A stretch of DNA of 64,000 nt, from NCBI GenBank assembly GCA_039811685.1, contig JBDHZC010000005.1:96001-160000 (forward strand), in the 5' to 3' direction. The DNA is from Armatimonadota bacterium (GTDB lineage: Bacteria > Armatimonadota > UBA5829 > DSUL01). Position numbers and translations under genes: made by a program. Positions 36,684 through 47,517 of this stretch are shown one piece after another (the first letter of the stretch is position 1; every line of letters begins with the position of its first letter). The notes beneath the pieces are model-generated. The model was not told the DNA's origin. It made no database searches and was given only the letters and a program-made list of their open reading frames with translations.

Positions 36684-38654
36684 TCAACCCTCTTCTTCGT
36701 AGCGCTCCCGCAGGCTCTGAACCACGCCTGGATCGGCCAGAGTCGTAGTATCTCCGAGAGCCCGGCCTTCGGCGATGTCTCGCAGCAGGCGGCGCATAAT
36801 CTTGCCGGAGCGTGTCTTTGGAAGCTCCGCCGTAAAGATGATGTCGTCCGGGCGGCAGATTGCGCCGATCTTCTTGACCACGTGCTCCTTCAGGTCGTCA
36901 GCCATCTCCGAGTTGCCTGCTCGAGAACCCTTGAGCGTCACAAACGCAGAAATCGCCTGCCCTTTCAAGTCGTGATGCTTGCCGATAACCGCCGCTTCTG
37001 CGACAGCCGGATGATCCACCAGCGCGCTTTCCACTTCCATCGTGCTGATGCGATGTCCAGCCACATTCATGACGTCGTCCACGCGTCCCAGCAGCCAGAA
37101 GTAGCCATCTTCATCACGCTTTGCGCCGTCTCCAGTGAAGTAGATACCGGGGTACTTCGACCAGTAAACGTCTTTGAAGCGCTGCGGGTCGCCGTAGAGC
37201 CCCCGCGTCATACCCGGCCACGGATGAGTCATCACCAGATAGCCTCCACCGCCCAGCGGTACGGAGTTGCCTTTCTCATCCAGTACGTCTACCAGAATTC
37301 CCGGAAGCGGCCGCGTCGCGGACCCGGGCTTAGTGGGAGTGATGCCAGGCAGTGGGCTGATCATAATGTGACCGGTCTCCGTCTGCCACCATGTGTCCAC
37401 CACCGGACATCTGCCCTCGCCGATATACTGCTGGTACCACATCCAGGCTTCAGGGTTAATAGGCTCTCCCACCGAACCCAGCAGGCGCAAAGAGCTGAGA
37501 TCGTGCTTCTGAGCGTACTCCGGCCCCCACTTCATAAACGCGCGGATGGCGGTGGGCGCCGTGTAGAAGATCGTTACACCGTACTTCTCGCAGATACTCC
37601 AGAAGCGGTCTTTGTCTGGAAAGTCAGGCGCGCCCTCGTACATGACGATAGTCGCCCCGTTAGCCAGAGGGCCGTACACGGTGTAGCTGTGTCCGGTCAC
37701 CCATCCGCAGTCCGCAGTGCACCAGTAGACATCGTCGTCCTTGAGGTCAAAGACCCATTTCGTAGTGGCATAGCAGCCTGCCAGATAGCCGCCTGTGGTG
37801 TGCACAATCCCTTTGGGCTTGCCCGTGCTGCCTGAGGTGTAGAGGACATAAAGCATATCCTCAGAGTCCATCTCCTCACACTCGGACTTGCCGGAGACAT
37901 CCTCCGCCACGCGGTGCCACCAGTGGTCGCGCATTTCGTGCATGCGGGTGAAAGTCTCGTCCGTCAGCCCATGCCCCAGACGCCGCACCACGACGACACC
38001 CTCAACGGACGGGCAGTTCACGAGAGCTTCGTCCACATTGCGTTTCAGAGGGATGACCGTTCCGCGGCGGTAGCCGCCGTCAGCCGTAATCACCAGGCGG
38101 CACTCAGAGTCATTGATTCTGTCCTGAAGAGACTCTGCGGAAAAGCCGCCAAACACCACAGAGTGGATGGCGCCAATGCGCGCGCAGGCCAGCATGGCAA
38201 TTGCCAGCTCAGGCACCATGGGCATGTAAATGCAGACGCGATCGCCCTTTTTGATCCCGAAGTGCTCTGTTAGCACGCTGGCGAAACGGCGGACTTCGCG
38301 GTAAAGGTCCCAGTAGGTCAGAGTCCGCGTCTCGCCGTTTTCACCCTCCCAGATGATAGCGGCCTTGTTACGGCGCGGGGTTGAAATATGGCGATCCACG
38401 CAGTTGTAGCAAGCGTTGATCTTGCCACCAGCGAACCATTGGGCGTCCGGCGCCTTCCACTCAAGCGCCTTGTCCCACGGCTTGAACCAGTGCAGCTCGC
38501 GGGCGGCCTCCGCCCAGAAGGCGACAGGATCCTTGGCCGCCACATCGTAGATGGCGGGGTCGTTTAGAATCGCGGTGGAGGCAAACTCCGCCGAGGGTGA
38601 AAAGCTGCGGTTCTCCTGCAGCAGGGCTTCTATTGCCCGGATTTCTACTGCCAC
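36684..38654 (-). CDS. acs: Acetate--CoA ligase (AMP-forming)
   Basis: [32 protein letters not shown]. Confidence 0.97.
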   Translation of the reverse strand: MAVEIRAIEALLQENRSFSPSAEFASTAILNDPAIYDVAAKDPVAFWAEAARELHWFKPWDKALEWKAPDAQWFAGGKINACYNCVDRHISTPRRNKAAIIWEGENGETRTLTYWDLYREVRRFASVLTEHFGIKKGDRVCIYMPMVPELAIAMLACARIGAIHSVVFGGFSAESLQDRINDSECRLVITADGGYRRGTVIPLKRNVDEALVNCPSVEGVVVVRRLGHGLTDETFTRMHEMRDHWWHRVAEDVSGKSECEEMDSEDMLYVLYTSGSTGKPKGIVHTTGGYLAGCYATTKWVFDLKDDDVYWCTADCGWVTGHSYTVYGPLANGATIVMYEGAPDFPDKDRFWSICEKYGVTIFYTAPTAIRAFMKWGPEYAQKHDLSSLRLLGSVGEPINPEAWMWYQQYIGEGRCPVVDTWWQTETGHIMISPLPGITPTKPGSATRPLPGILVDVLDEKGNSVPLGGGGYLVMTHPWPGMTRGLYGDPQRFKDVYWSKYPGIYFTGDGAKRDEDGYFWLLGRVDDVMNVAGHRISTMEVESALVDHPAVAEAAVIGKHHDLKGQAISAFVTLKGSRAGNSEMADDLKEHVVKKIGAICRPDDIIFTAELPKTRSGKIMRRLLRDIAEGRALGDTTTLADPGVVQSLRERYEEEG

Positions 38655-38789
38655 GTTATCCTCCTCTTCGCTGAGAGAACACTCGGTTATCTGTTGTCTG
38701 AAAAGTCTCTCGCGTGCGCTTCTGTATGTTAAAACGAGCCGTCAAGCGCTCACTGCGGCAAAAAGCCCCTCAGCGTCGGTCTCCGGGGC

Positions 38790-39353
38790 TTATTTGATCC
38801 ATTTCGCCACTTCTTTGAACTCTGGAGTTCCGGCCTTACGCAACCACTCGAAGACAATGCTCTCGACCGTAGAAACGGTTGCGCCGACGTTTCTCAAGCG
38901 CTCCAGCCCATACCGATAGTTGAATTCTGAGCGTGAGCTGATAGCATCCGAAGCGAGATGTACAACGTACCCATCATCCAGCAGATCGTGCGCGGTCTGG
39001 TTGATGCAAACATGTGTCTCAAGGCCGGCCAGGATGACCTGGCTGCGACCTCGGAGTCCTTCGAGCGCGGCGCGGAAGTGCGAGTTCCCCATACAGCTAA
39101 AGCACATTTTATCGACAGACGCGATATCTGGCAAAAGCTCGGTGAAGCGCTCATCCAGCGCGCCCAGCTTTTCTGCGTACTGCGTGGTCGCAATGACAGG
39201 GACTCTCAAAATAGCGGCGCAGGCCAGCAGCCTGCGGGCATTGTCAATGATCCGCTCCTTCTCAAACATGACGTTGAGCAGGGCAGGCTGGAGATCAACA
39301 GCGACAACGACGCTGCGTCCCGCCTCCACCAGATGCGCATCCGCTAGTCCCAT
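38790..39353 (-). CDS. Isochorismatase family hydrolase
   Basis: VDLQ, DKMCFSC, GLETHVCINQT. Confidence 0.9.
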   Translation of the reverse strand: MGLADAHLVEAGRSVVVAVDLQPALLNVMFEKERIIDNARRLLACAAILRVPVIATTQYAEKLGALDERFTELLPDIASVDKMCFSCMGNSHFRAALEGLRGRSQVILAGLETHVCINQTAHDLLDDGYVVHLASDAISSRSEFNYRYGLERLRNVGATVSTVESIVFEWLRKAGTPEFKEVAKWIK

Positions 39354-39423
39354 CCGCTACTGTCCTCCGACTTTCCGTGCTCCCGCTTGCGCAGCACCCG
39401 GCATCTGCAGGTGACGCCGGGCA

Positions 39424-39900
39424 TTAGTCGCCCGGATCGTAGTATCCAGTCTCCTCAATCGCATAGGTCTTGAAGCCCGGCTTGAGAAACAGTTTATTCT
39501 TCCCGGGATACGACACAACGTCCGCTGGCTGATTGTCCGCAATAATATAATACAGCAGATCTTCGTCGCCGGTGTTGGTCATGTTGTGCGCGACGCCAGG
39601 CGGAATGATGAAGCAGTCTCCCGCAGACACTTCGCTGGTCTCCTCACCTTCGCGCACCATCCCACGCCCGGCCAGAATAATGTAAAACTCGTACTGCGCG
39701 GCGTGAGAATGCAGTGGCCAGTTAGTCTTTCCGGGCGCGAGCCGCGAAAGCTCAACGTCAAAGGGGTGGCCACCGCCCCAAGGGCCCACATGGCGCGGAC
39801 AGCCGAGCTCAACAGAGAGCTCTCTGCGTCCCAGTTCGTACGTCCCGTTTGGTGATCTGCGCTGAGTCCACTCTATGTCGTTGTAGTTGACCTTCTTCAT
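39424..39900 (-). CDS. Cupin domain protein
   Basis: PLHSHAAQYEFYIILAG, PPGVAH. Confidence 0.85.
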   Translation of the reverse strand: MKKVNYNDIEWTQRRSPNGTYELGRRELSVELGCPRHVGPWGGGHPFDVELSRLAPGKTNWPLHSHAAQYEFYIILAGRGMVREGEETSEVSAGDCFIIPPGVAHNMTNTGDEDLLYYIIADNQPADVVSYPGKNKLFLKPGFKTYAIEETGYYDPGD

Positions 39901-39949
39901 AGCGCCCTCAGACAGCACGTCTGCCCCTCAGTCCGCTGACGAAGGGAGA

Positions 39950-41017
39950 TTACAGTCTGGCGATGATGGCGTCTGCCATCTCGGAGGTTCCCACAGCAGA
40001 CGGATCGTCCCGGTTTGGCTTCATGTCGTAAGTGACGCTCTTGCCTTCCGCGATAACGGCAGCCACGGCTTTTTCCAGCTTGTCCGCCGCTGCGCCCTCA
40101 CCGATATGGCGCAGCATAAGCACGCCGGAGAGAATCAGGGCAGTGGGATTGACTTTGTTCTGTCCCTTGTATTTGGGTGCGCTGCCGTGCGTCGGCTCAA
40201 ACACCGCTCCGCCGTCTCCGATGTTTGCGCCCGGAGCCACTCCCAGACCACCTACCAGTCCCGCAGCCAGATCCGAGATGATGTCTCCGTACAGATTCTC
40301 TGTTACAAGGACGTCGTAAAGCTCGGGCTTCTGGACAAGCTGCATACACATATTGTCAATCAGCCGCTCCTCGTACTCAATCTGCCCTTCGTACTCCTTC
40401 GCCGCGTCTCTCGCCGCAGCATAGAACAGACCGTCCGTAAACTTCATGATGTTGGCTTTTGCGACGGCGGTGACTTTCTTGCGCCCGTTGGCCTTCGCAT
40501 ACTCAAAGGCGTGTTTGGCAATCCTGTAAGAACCCTCGTAGCTGATGGGCTTTACGGAAATGGCGGAGTTCGCCCGCACCTTCCCCCGCGCCATGTCGAT
40601 AATGTGGTTGGCCTCATGAGCGCCCCTGTCCCACTCGACCCCCGCGTACAGGTCTTCTGTATTCTCCCGCACAATCACAACGTCAACGTCGTCGTAATGA
40701 GAGCGGATGCCCGGGTAGTACTTGCACGGCCTCACGCACGCATACAGCCCCAACTCGTGGCGCAGCGCAACATTCACGCTGCGGAATCCCGTACCAATCG
40801 GTGTCGTAATGGGGCCTTTCAGCGCAACCTTATTCTTTCGAATGGAGTCCAGGACTTCCTGAGGAAGCGGCGTGCCCTTCTCCTCCATCACGTCCACCCC
40901 GGCGTCCATCACTTCCCACTGAATGGGAACGCCGGTCGCTTCGATAACGCGACGAGCCGCCTCTACAAGCTCTGGACCTGTTCCGTCGCCGCGAATGAGG
41001 GTTACTGTGTGAGCCAA
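39950..41017 (-). CDS. Isocitrate/isopropylmalate dehydrogenase family protein, probably isocitrate dehydrogenase
   Basis: TTG after [41 protein letters not shown]; divergent from sucCD. Confidence 0.9.
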   Translation of the reverse strand: MAHTVTLIRGDGTGPELVEAARRVIEATGVPIQWEVMDAGVDVMEEKGTPLPQEVLDSIRKNKVALKGPITTPIGTGFRSVNVALRHELGLYACVRPCKYYPGIRSHYDDVDVVIVRENTEDLYAGVEWDRGAHEANHIIDMARGKVRANSAISVKPISYEGSYRIAKHAFEYAKANGRKKVTAVAKANIMKFTDGLFYAAARDAAKEYEGQIEYEERLIDNMCMQLVQKPELYDVLVTENLYGDIISDLAAGLVGGLGVAPGANIGDGGAVFEPTHGSAPKYKGQNKVNPTALILSGVLMLRHIGEGAAADKLEKAVAAVIAEGKSVTYDMKPNRDDPSAVGTSEMADAIIARL

Positions 41018-41263
41018 ACTGCAAAACCTCCGGGGTGTCAATCGGGTGTCGGCAGAGGAAAAACTCCCCCGCCAGCGCCACATCACAGCGCGCTGCAAAT
41101 GGTAGGGAATATATACCACGCCACCGGCGCGTGCCGCCAGTCTCAGCTCCTCTGGCCTGTGTGCACACAAGGGTCTGGATTGTGTATCATATACGCGGCC
41201 CGGCCATCTCCGGGCCACATTTTTGTCCGGCGGCTGCTTGCTTAGCCCCGGCGCGAGTGAACT

Positions 41264-42394
41264 ATGAAGATACACGAGTACCAGGCGAAGGAAGTTTTCG
41301 GGCGCTTCGGCGTTCCCGTTCCCAAAGGCATGGTGTGCCAGACGCCCGAGAAAGCGCAGAGCTACGCGCGCGATCTGGGCAGAGCTGTGGTTGTGAAAGC
41401 GCAAGTGCACGTTGGCGGACGCGGCAAAGCGGGCGGTGTCAAGGTGGCGCGCACTCCAGAAGAAGCAAACGAGATCGCAAGTGCGATTCTCGGCATGGAC
41501 ATCAAGGGACTGAGTGTGCGCAAGGTCCTGTGCGAACCAGCCATAGACATCCGCGAGGAGTACTATCTGGGGGTGGCACTGGACAGAGACTCTCAGCGAA
41601 ACACAGTCATTGTGAGCGCGGCTGGCGGCGTGGATATAGAGCAGGTAGCGGAAGAGACCCCGGAGAAAATCGCGCGGCTTCCCATTGATCCGCTTCTTGG
41701 ATTTCAGAGCTGGCATGCGCTGGACGTGGCCAAACGCGGCGGACTGCGGTCCGACATCCTGCCCCAGGCGGCGAAAACCCTGCGCGGGCTGGTGGCGGCT
41801 TATCTGGCAAGCGATGCGAATATGGCGGAGATCAATCCGCTGGCGGTCACATCAGACGGCCAGGTCGTGGCGGCGGACGGCAAGATGGTGATTGACGACA
41901 ACGCCCTCTACCGCCAGGAAGCGCTTCAACAGTACTACGAAGAGTCTGAAGAGGACGAGATTGAGGCGGAGGCGCATAGACGCGGGATTCAATATGTGCG
42001 GCTGGACGGGACGGTCGGAGTCATTGGGAATGGCGCGGGCCTGGTAATGACGACGCTGGATGAGGTCAGCCGTGCCGGAGGAAAAGCCGCAAACTTTCTG
42101 GATATTGGCGGAGGCGCAAAGGCGGAGCTTGTCAGAAACTCCCTGGAGATTGTTCTGATGAATCCGCAAGTGAAAAGCGTCTTCTTCAACATTTTTGGCG
42201 GAATCACGCGCGGGGACGAAGTGGCCAGGGGCATTCTGCAGGCTTACGATGAGCTTCAGCTTTCCGTGCCCATTGTCATCCGGCTCTCCGGAACGATGGC
42301 AGAAGAGGGCAGGCGTCTGCTGGAAGGCAGTCCGCTGATTCCGGCCGCGACTATGCAGGAAGCGGCGCAAAAGGCCGTTCGGCTGGCGGCCTGA
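41264..42394 (+). CDS. sucC: Succinyl-CoA ligase beta subunit
   Basis: [30 protein letters not shown]. Confidence 0.97.
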   Translation: MKIHEYQAKEVFGRFGVPVPKGMVCQTPEKAQSYARDLGRAVVVKAQVHVGGRGKAGGVKVARTPEEANEIASAILGMDIKGLSVRKVLCEPAIDIREEYYLGVALDRDSQRNTVIVSAAGGVDIEQVAEETPEKIARLPIDPLLGFQSWHALDVAKRGGLRSDILPQAAKTLRGLVAAYLASDANMAEINPLAVTSDGQVVAADGKMVIDDNALYRQEALQQYYEESEEDEIEAEAHRRGIQYVRLDGTVGVIGNGAGLVMTTLDEVSRAGGKAANFLDIGGGAKAELVRNSLEIVLMNPQVKSVFFNIFGGITRGDEVARGILQAYDELQLSVPIVIRLSGTMAEEGRRLLEGSPLIPAATMQEAAQKAVRLAA

Positions 42395-42415
42395 GAAGGG
42401 ACGCGGCAGGGAATT

Positions 42416-43303
42416 ATGAGCATTCTTGTTGACAAAAACACCCGGCTTCTCGTGCAGGGGATGACGGGACGCGAAGGAGAGTTTCACACACGCCAGATGG
42501 TCGCCTACGGCACAAACGTCGTCGGTGGCGTAACGCCGGGCAAGGGCGGCGGAGAGTTGAACGGAATTCCCATTTTTGATACGGTGGCGGAGGCCCGTCG
42601 CGCGACAGACGCCAACGCAACCTGCATTTTTGTGCCGGCGAAGTTCGCGAAGGACGCCGTCGTGGAAGCGGTAGATGCACAGATTCCTCTCATTGTCACC
42701 ATCACCGAGGGGATTCCGGCGCTCGACATGGTGTACGCCGTGAACCTTGTGCGCAGCCGCGGATTGCGGATGATTGGCGCCAACTGTCCCGGAATCATCA
42801 CGCCTGGTGAATGCAAGATAGGTATTCTGCCGGGTGAGATCTTTACGTCTGGAAGTGTTGGTCTTATCTCGCGCAGCGGAACGCTGACTTACGAGATCGT
42901 CGATGAGCTCACGCGGGCGGGACTCGGACAGTCCACCTGCATCGGCATTGGCGGTGACCCGACTCCCGGGACTACCTTTATCGACGCGCTGCCACTGTTC
43001 GAGGCTGATCCTCAGACCAGGGTTGTCGTAATGGTGGGCGAGATTGGCGGAGCGGATGAGGAGATCGCCTCAGAGTACATCGCAAAAGAGATGAGCAAGC
43101 CCGTCATCGGTTTTGTCTCTGGCCGAACGGCGCCACCCGGCAAGCGCATGGGGCACGCTGGCGCCATAGTCAGCGGACGCTCCGGTACAGCGCAGGCCAA
43201 GGTAGAGGCTTTACTGAGGGCTGGAGTGAAGGTCGCTGATACAACGCACGACATTCCCGCCCTTGTAAGCGCAGCGCTGAAGCAGGAGCCGTCCGTCCAC
43301 TGA
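42416..43303 (+). CDS. sucD: Succinyl-CoA ligase alpha subunit
   Basis: [26 protein letters not shown]. Confidence 0.97.
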   Translation: MSILVDKNTRLLVQGMTGREGEFHTRQMVAYGTNVVGGVTPGKGGGELNGIPIFDTVAEARRATDANATCIFVPAKFAKDAVVEAVDAQIPLIVTITEGIPALDMVYAVNLVRSRGLRMIGANCPGIITPGECKIGILPGEIFTSGSVGLISRSGTLTYEIVDELTRAGLGQSTCIGIGGDPTPGTTFIDALPLFEADPQTRVVVMVGEIGGADEEIASEYIAKEMSKPVIGFVSGRTAPPGKRMGHAGAIVSGRSGTAQAKVEALLRAGVKVADTTHDIPALVSAALKQEPSVH

Positions 43304-44199
43304 TGACAGATGCAGGTGGGACGCTGCCAGCTATCGCTTTTGTGGGCCTGGGGGCTATGGGCGCGCCGATGGCCCAAAATCTGCTGAGGGCCGGCTTTGC
43401 CGTGACGGTTCACAACCGCACTCGCCACCGCGAAGAGCCGCTGGTTGAAGCGGGGGCGTCGCGAGCCTCCTCACCCGCCGAAGCTGCCCGCGACGCCGAA
43501 ATCTGCATCACAATCGTGAGCGATGTCCCCGATGTCGAAGAAGTCATCTGCGGCCCTGAAGGCGTTCTGAACGGTCTGCGCGCCGGCAGGCTGGTTGTGG
43601 ATATGAGCACTATAGGCCCGAAGGCCGCCCGCGCCGTCCAACACTCCTGCGCCCAGTCCAATGTACGCTTCATTGATGCGCCTGTCTCCGGCGGACCGTC
43701 CGGCGCCCAGGATGCCTCGTTGGCGATCATGGCCGGAGGAGCCGAAGCGGACTTTCAGGAGGCGCTGTCGGCGCTCCGGGCGATGGGGAAGACTGTTGCG
43801 CTGATGGGCCCGGTTGGAGCCGGGCAGGCGGCGAAGCTGGTAAATCAGGTGATTGGCGCCGGAACGTTCTGTGCGGTTGCCGAAGGGCTGATGTTGGCCC
43901 GCAAGCTCGGTTTGGATGAGACCCAGACGATGGATGTCATCGCAGGTGGAGCAGCCGGGAGCTGGATGGTAGAGCGCCTGGCGCCGAAAATGATCGGCCA
44001 CGATTTTGAAGGCGGCTTCAAGATTGAGCTTCAAGCCAAGGATCTGCGCCTGGTGATTGAAAACGCCGATGAGCTGGGACTGCCAATGCCGCTGACGCGA
44101 ATGATCCGGCAATTCCTCGCGGCGGCTGCGGCTGAGGGGCACGCGCAGCACGGGACGCAATCTGTCATCAGCGTCTGGGAGCGCCTGAGCGCCAGCTAG
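43303..44199 (+). CDS. NAD(P)-dependent 3-hydroxyisobutyrate/tartronate semialdehyde dehydrogenase family
   Basis: GLGAMGAPMA, DAPVSGG, GQAAKLVNQ. Confidence 0.9.
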   Translation: MTDAGGTLPAIAFVGLGAMGAPMAQNLLRAGFAVTVHNRTRHREEPLVEAGASRASSPAEAARDAEICITIVSDVPDVEEVICGPEGVLNGLRAGRLVVDMSTIGPKAARAVQHSCAQSNVRFIDAPVSGGPSGAQDASLAIMAGGAEADFQEALSALRAMGKTVALMGPVGAGQAAKLVNQVIGAGTFCAVAEGLMLARKLGLDETQTMDVIAGGAAGSWMVERLAPKMIGHDFEGGFKIELQAKDLRLVIENADELGLPMPLTRMIRQFLAAAAAEGHAQHGTQSVISVWERLSAS

Positions 44200-44260
44200 A
44201 AACCGAGTCCCTCAAGCCCTCGCGACTGCAGCGCAGAAGCGGCGGGGCAATCTGCTTCCG

Positions 44261-45052
44261 TCAGGCAGAGCGGCGGATCATCTCGCGAGCCTGCTGACAT
44301 ACCTCACAGTCCGAAATGTCACACAGCAGCGCTGCGGAGTCCTTTGCCAGCATCTCCAGCGCAACGGCTACCAGGTCTCTGGACTTCATCAGGCGCACCT
44401 CCGCATTTCCAATCTGGCTGTAGCGGACAGATCCGCGCGCATCGAGCGCATCGTCCAGCTTGCCGAAGCCCCGGCTGCAACCCGGGCGGCGCACCTGGAG
44501 GCGCTCCATCTGATTTCCCCGGCACACGACGGCCTCCCGGACCCGGTCCAGATACGGGACAGCAGCCACCTCTTCCGCTACATGAATGGTAGAGTTGCTG
44601 AGGTTGCCACACCCGATCAGCAACACCCACCCGTCCTCTTCCCAGAGCCTCCACAGCGGACTGCCCCGTCCGAAGGCGTGAGAGTTTTCGTGGCCTTCCA
44701 GCAACCCAGCCGCACCCTCACCCACAGCGGCTACCGGATGCGTCGGGTGCAGACTCCGAACGGCGCCCGGCAGCTTTCGGAAAGCCTCAGTAATTGCGCC
44801 TGTCAAAGACGGCGTGGTCAACGGGTCATAGGGATGCTGCCCGTAGTTGAATGTGGGCACGACGCACAGCCCGCCGGGTTGGACCGCCTCAGCCAGCGCC
44901 TGCGCCACTGCCTCCGCGCCCCCCTCGACGCGTCCAAAGCTGGACAGGGACGAGTGAGCAACCAGCCTGTCTCCAGGCGTGACACCTGCTGAGCGCAACT
45001 TTTCAACAATCAGCGCCCTGGTGACGAGAGGTGAGCCGGGATTCGAAGTCAT
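44261..45052 (-). CDS. AAC(3)/YokD family N-acetyltransferase
   Basis: HSSLSSFG, GAITEAFR, RSLHPTH, STIHVAE. Confidence 0.88.
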   Translation of the reverse strand: MTSNPGSPLVTRALIVEKLRSAGVTPGDRLVAHSSLSSFGRVEGGAEAVAQALAEAVQPGGLCVVPTFNYGQHPYDPLTTPSLTGAITEAFRKLPGAVRSLHPTHPVAAVGEGAAGLLEGHENSHAFGRGSPLWRLWEEDGWVLLIGCGNLSNSTIHVAEEVAAVPYLDRVREAVVCRGNQMERLQVRRPGCSRGFGKLDDALDARGSVRYSQIGNAEVRLMKSRDLVAVALEMLAKDSAALLCDISDCEVCQQAREMIRRSA

Positions 45053-47310
45053 CGCCCTTTGCCACTCACCTGCGCGATAATCTGCGCCCTGCCAGCGAGC
45101 CCTGTCAGATCGAGTACATCCGGCGACGGCAGGCGCGCCGGCCTACCGTTGACTGTCGCAGACAGGACACGCCGTCCACCGGGCAACCGCAGTTTTAGAA
45201 GCGTCCGGCGCGCCGCTCTTGAAGGCAGCACAACATCCACCTTCACCCGCGCCCGCGCAATCTGCGAGCGCGCCGTCAGCGTCACCGGCCCAAGTGCTGT
45301 GGGCGCTTCGCGCACGCTGATCTGCTGCCCATCTTCGAGCCACTGGCGCGGCGTCGCGAAGAGCAGCCTCAGCGTATCAGGCTGTCCGTCATCGTCCATA
45401 TCCCAGTCCTGAACTACAAGGTTGCGCAGCAAGAGCAGGAAGTGCCCGTTCCCAGCGGAGTTCGGCGGGAGATAAAAGAGACGCCCGCGCTCATCAAGAG
45501 GTGCGATATCTGCACCCTCTCCACTGATAAAAGTGTCCCGCGTCATCCCCTGCGCCAACTTTCCGTAAAAAGCCGCCAGCACGCGGTCGGCTTCATCACG
45601 TTGCAGCAGAGTCAGGTTGTGGCGCAGGGTATAGAGATCGTTGATCTTGCTGTCTCCAACCCAGAACGTGCGCGTGTTGCCGCGAGTGCGCAGCAGATTC
45701 ATGCACAGCCCGCCGTTCTCGCGGTCGTACGCTATGATGTCGTCAGCGTACTTGCTGTCGTACGCAAAAACACCGGAGCCCAGCACAAACTGGATCATCA
45801 GATTCCAGTAGCCGCCCATATAGCTGCCGGTGATAGGCCGGTAAGGCTTCTCCTCACCGAAGAGAGCCACAGGAATGAAGGGCGGTGAGACACTGCGATC
45901 AATGCTTCTGTCCACAGCGTCCAGAATAATCCTGCGATAGACGTCAGCTTCAGCGCGCATCTTCTGTGCCAGTTCTGCGTCGCCGATGTCATTTACAACC
46001 ACCGAGAAATCCCGCAGCGCCCGCCAGCAGTTGGCGTTGGAGTTAAGTGAGTAAACCATAGTGTCAATGTCACCACAGTACTTCTCGCGCGGAAGCATTC
46101 CGTTCTCCGTACGGCCATCGAGAATGCGATTCACCTCTTTCTCCCACCGAGGGCGCATCTGGCGGACAAAGTCTGCATCCCGGCTCAGCCAGTAGAAGCG
46201 CGCAAGCAGATTCAGCTTCAACGCCGCCTGGTAGTACTCCATGTTCTTGCGCGTGAAATCCAGAAGCGGCGGGATCATCCTGCGCGTGTCCTCCTCGCGT
46301 CCCCACTCCATGAGTGACCTGGCCGCATCGCCTCCTTCTGATTCGTACAGCTTCGCGTACTGATTTCCCGCGCTGTAGCGGATTTCATCTCCGTTCAAAC
46401 AGACATAAGAACCGACAATCAGCGAACGCCAGGCGTTGTTAACCAGTGGCTCAGGAACAGAGACAGTCATCTTAGAGGCGACAAGGGAGCTCCAGAGCGC
46501 GGCGGCTTTTTGTCTGAGATCCTCATAGACTGCAACGTCCACAGCGGGCAGTGCGGAGGGCTCTGTCGGTTCTGTGGCAAGTGCAAAGGTGCAGCGCTGT
46601 CCCGGTTTTACCCACGCCGACAGAGCGTTGCGGTACTTGTTGAACTCCCAGGAGCTGTCGAACCAGGCCACTGCCCGCCCGTCAGGCAACGTCAAGGAGC
46701 GACCGTGTTCGATCAGAGACTCCGGATGCTCAAGCTGCACCTCGATCTTCTGTCCAGCGCTTCCCTGATAGCTGATCTGCGCCAGCACAACGCCGCTTCC
46801 GGCAAGACCCGGCGCGGTTGCGGCAAAAACTTCCTGCGCGAAGCGCCCTTCCGGCGTTTTGTAGGAAAAGCGCACAATCGGCAGATATCCCTCTGCGTAG
46901 TGTGGACCCTGGAGGCTGCGGGGGTCCTGACCGTAAATCTCTCTGTGATAACCGACTCTCAGAGTAGCGGGAATGCCTTTTTCACCTGCCCAGTTTGGCT
47001 GACGCACCAGCGCGTTGATGGCGCTGCCGTTAGAGACGACCCGCGCTTTGACCGGGGCGGCCGGGGCGCTGAGCGCAATGGGGTAATAGTGAAACGAGGT
47101 GTCCACATAGCGCAGGGGCGCCGTCAGATCGCGAAAAAAGCTGAACGTCGGTCCGTCCTTTTGCGCCAGCGCCTTTTCTGCCCAGACGTCTCTGAGGGCG
47201 CTGGCAGCCTGGCTGTACGCCGGAGGCCGTCTCGCGGGAGAGGCTGAAGCGGCACAGGCGGAACAGACGCCCGCCAGACAAACCAGAATACGAAACGCTC
47301 GTTTTGACAT
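45049..47310 (-). CDS. Secreted protein, probable (alpha/alpha)6-barrel glycoside hydrolase-like
   Basis: Signal peptide; helical core; C-terminal LLFATPRQWL...APTALG pattern seen in six-hairpin glycosidases. Confidence 0.55.
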   Translation of the reverse strand: MSKRAFRILVCLAGVCSACAASASPARRPPAYSQAASALRDVWAEKALAQKDGPTFSFFRDLTAPLRYVDTSFHYYPIALSAPAAPVKARVVSNGSAINALVRQPNWAGEKGIPATLRVGYHREIYGQDPRSLQGPHYAEGYLPIVRFSYKTPEGRFAQEVFAATAPGLAGSGVVLAQISYQGSAGQKIEVQLEHPESLIEHGRSLTLPDGRAVAWFDSSWEFNKYRNALSAWVKPGQRCTFALATEPTEPSALPAVDVAVYEDLRQKAAALWSSLVASKMTVSVPEPLVNNAWRSLIVGSYVCLNGDEIRYSAGNQYAKLYESEGGDAARSLMEWGREEDTRRMIPPLLDFTRKNMEYYQAALKLNLLARFYWLSRDADFVRQMRPRWEKEVNRILDGRTENGMLPREKYCGDIDTMVYSLNSNANCWRALRDFSVVVNDIGDAELAQKMRAEADVYRRIILDAVDRSIDRSVSPPFIPVALFGEEKPYRPITGSYMGGYWNLMIQFVLGSGVFAYDSKYADDIIAYDRENGGLCMNLLRTRGNTRTFWVGDSKINDLYTLRHNLTLLQRDEADRVLAAFYGKLAQGMTRDTFISGEGADIAPLDERGRLFYLPPNSAGNGHFLLLLRNLVVQDWDMDDDGQPDTLRLLFATPRQWLEDGQQISVREAPTALGPVTLTARSQIARARVKVDVVLPSRAARRTLLKLRLPGGRRVLSATVNGRPARLPSPDVLDLTGLAGRAQIIAQVSGKGR

Positions 47311-47517
47311 ATAACACTTCCCATGGCAGGGTGGTAGCGGTTATTCGAGAATCAAAATCTGTGCGACCACCGCCGGTGCGCCCAAAGACCGCACGCCTGA
47401 CCCTGTGCGCATAGAATAGCAGGAGTTGACCTGTTCTGTTAAGAATGTGCGACGTCGGGCGTCCATATCACTCCCAAAAAGCGTGTAACTGTTTCGCCCG
47501 CTCAGGAGAGAGAATCA

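Noticed and set aside
41018..41716. N-terminal extension on the isocitrate dehydrogenase-family ORF
   Set aside because: Overlaps sucC antisense; family similarity and a GGAGG RBS point to TTG 41017.
47324..47338. TGGCAGGGTGGTAGC upstream of ggt as a sigma-54 promoter
   Set aside because: Spacing is right but both boxes deviate from consensus; too weak to call.
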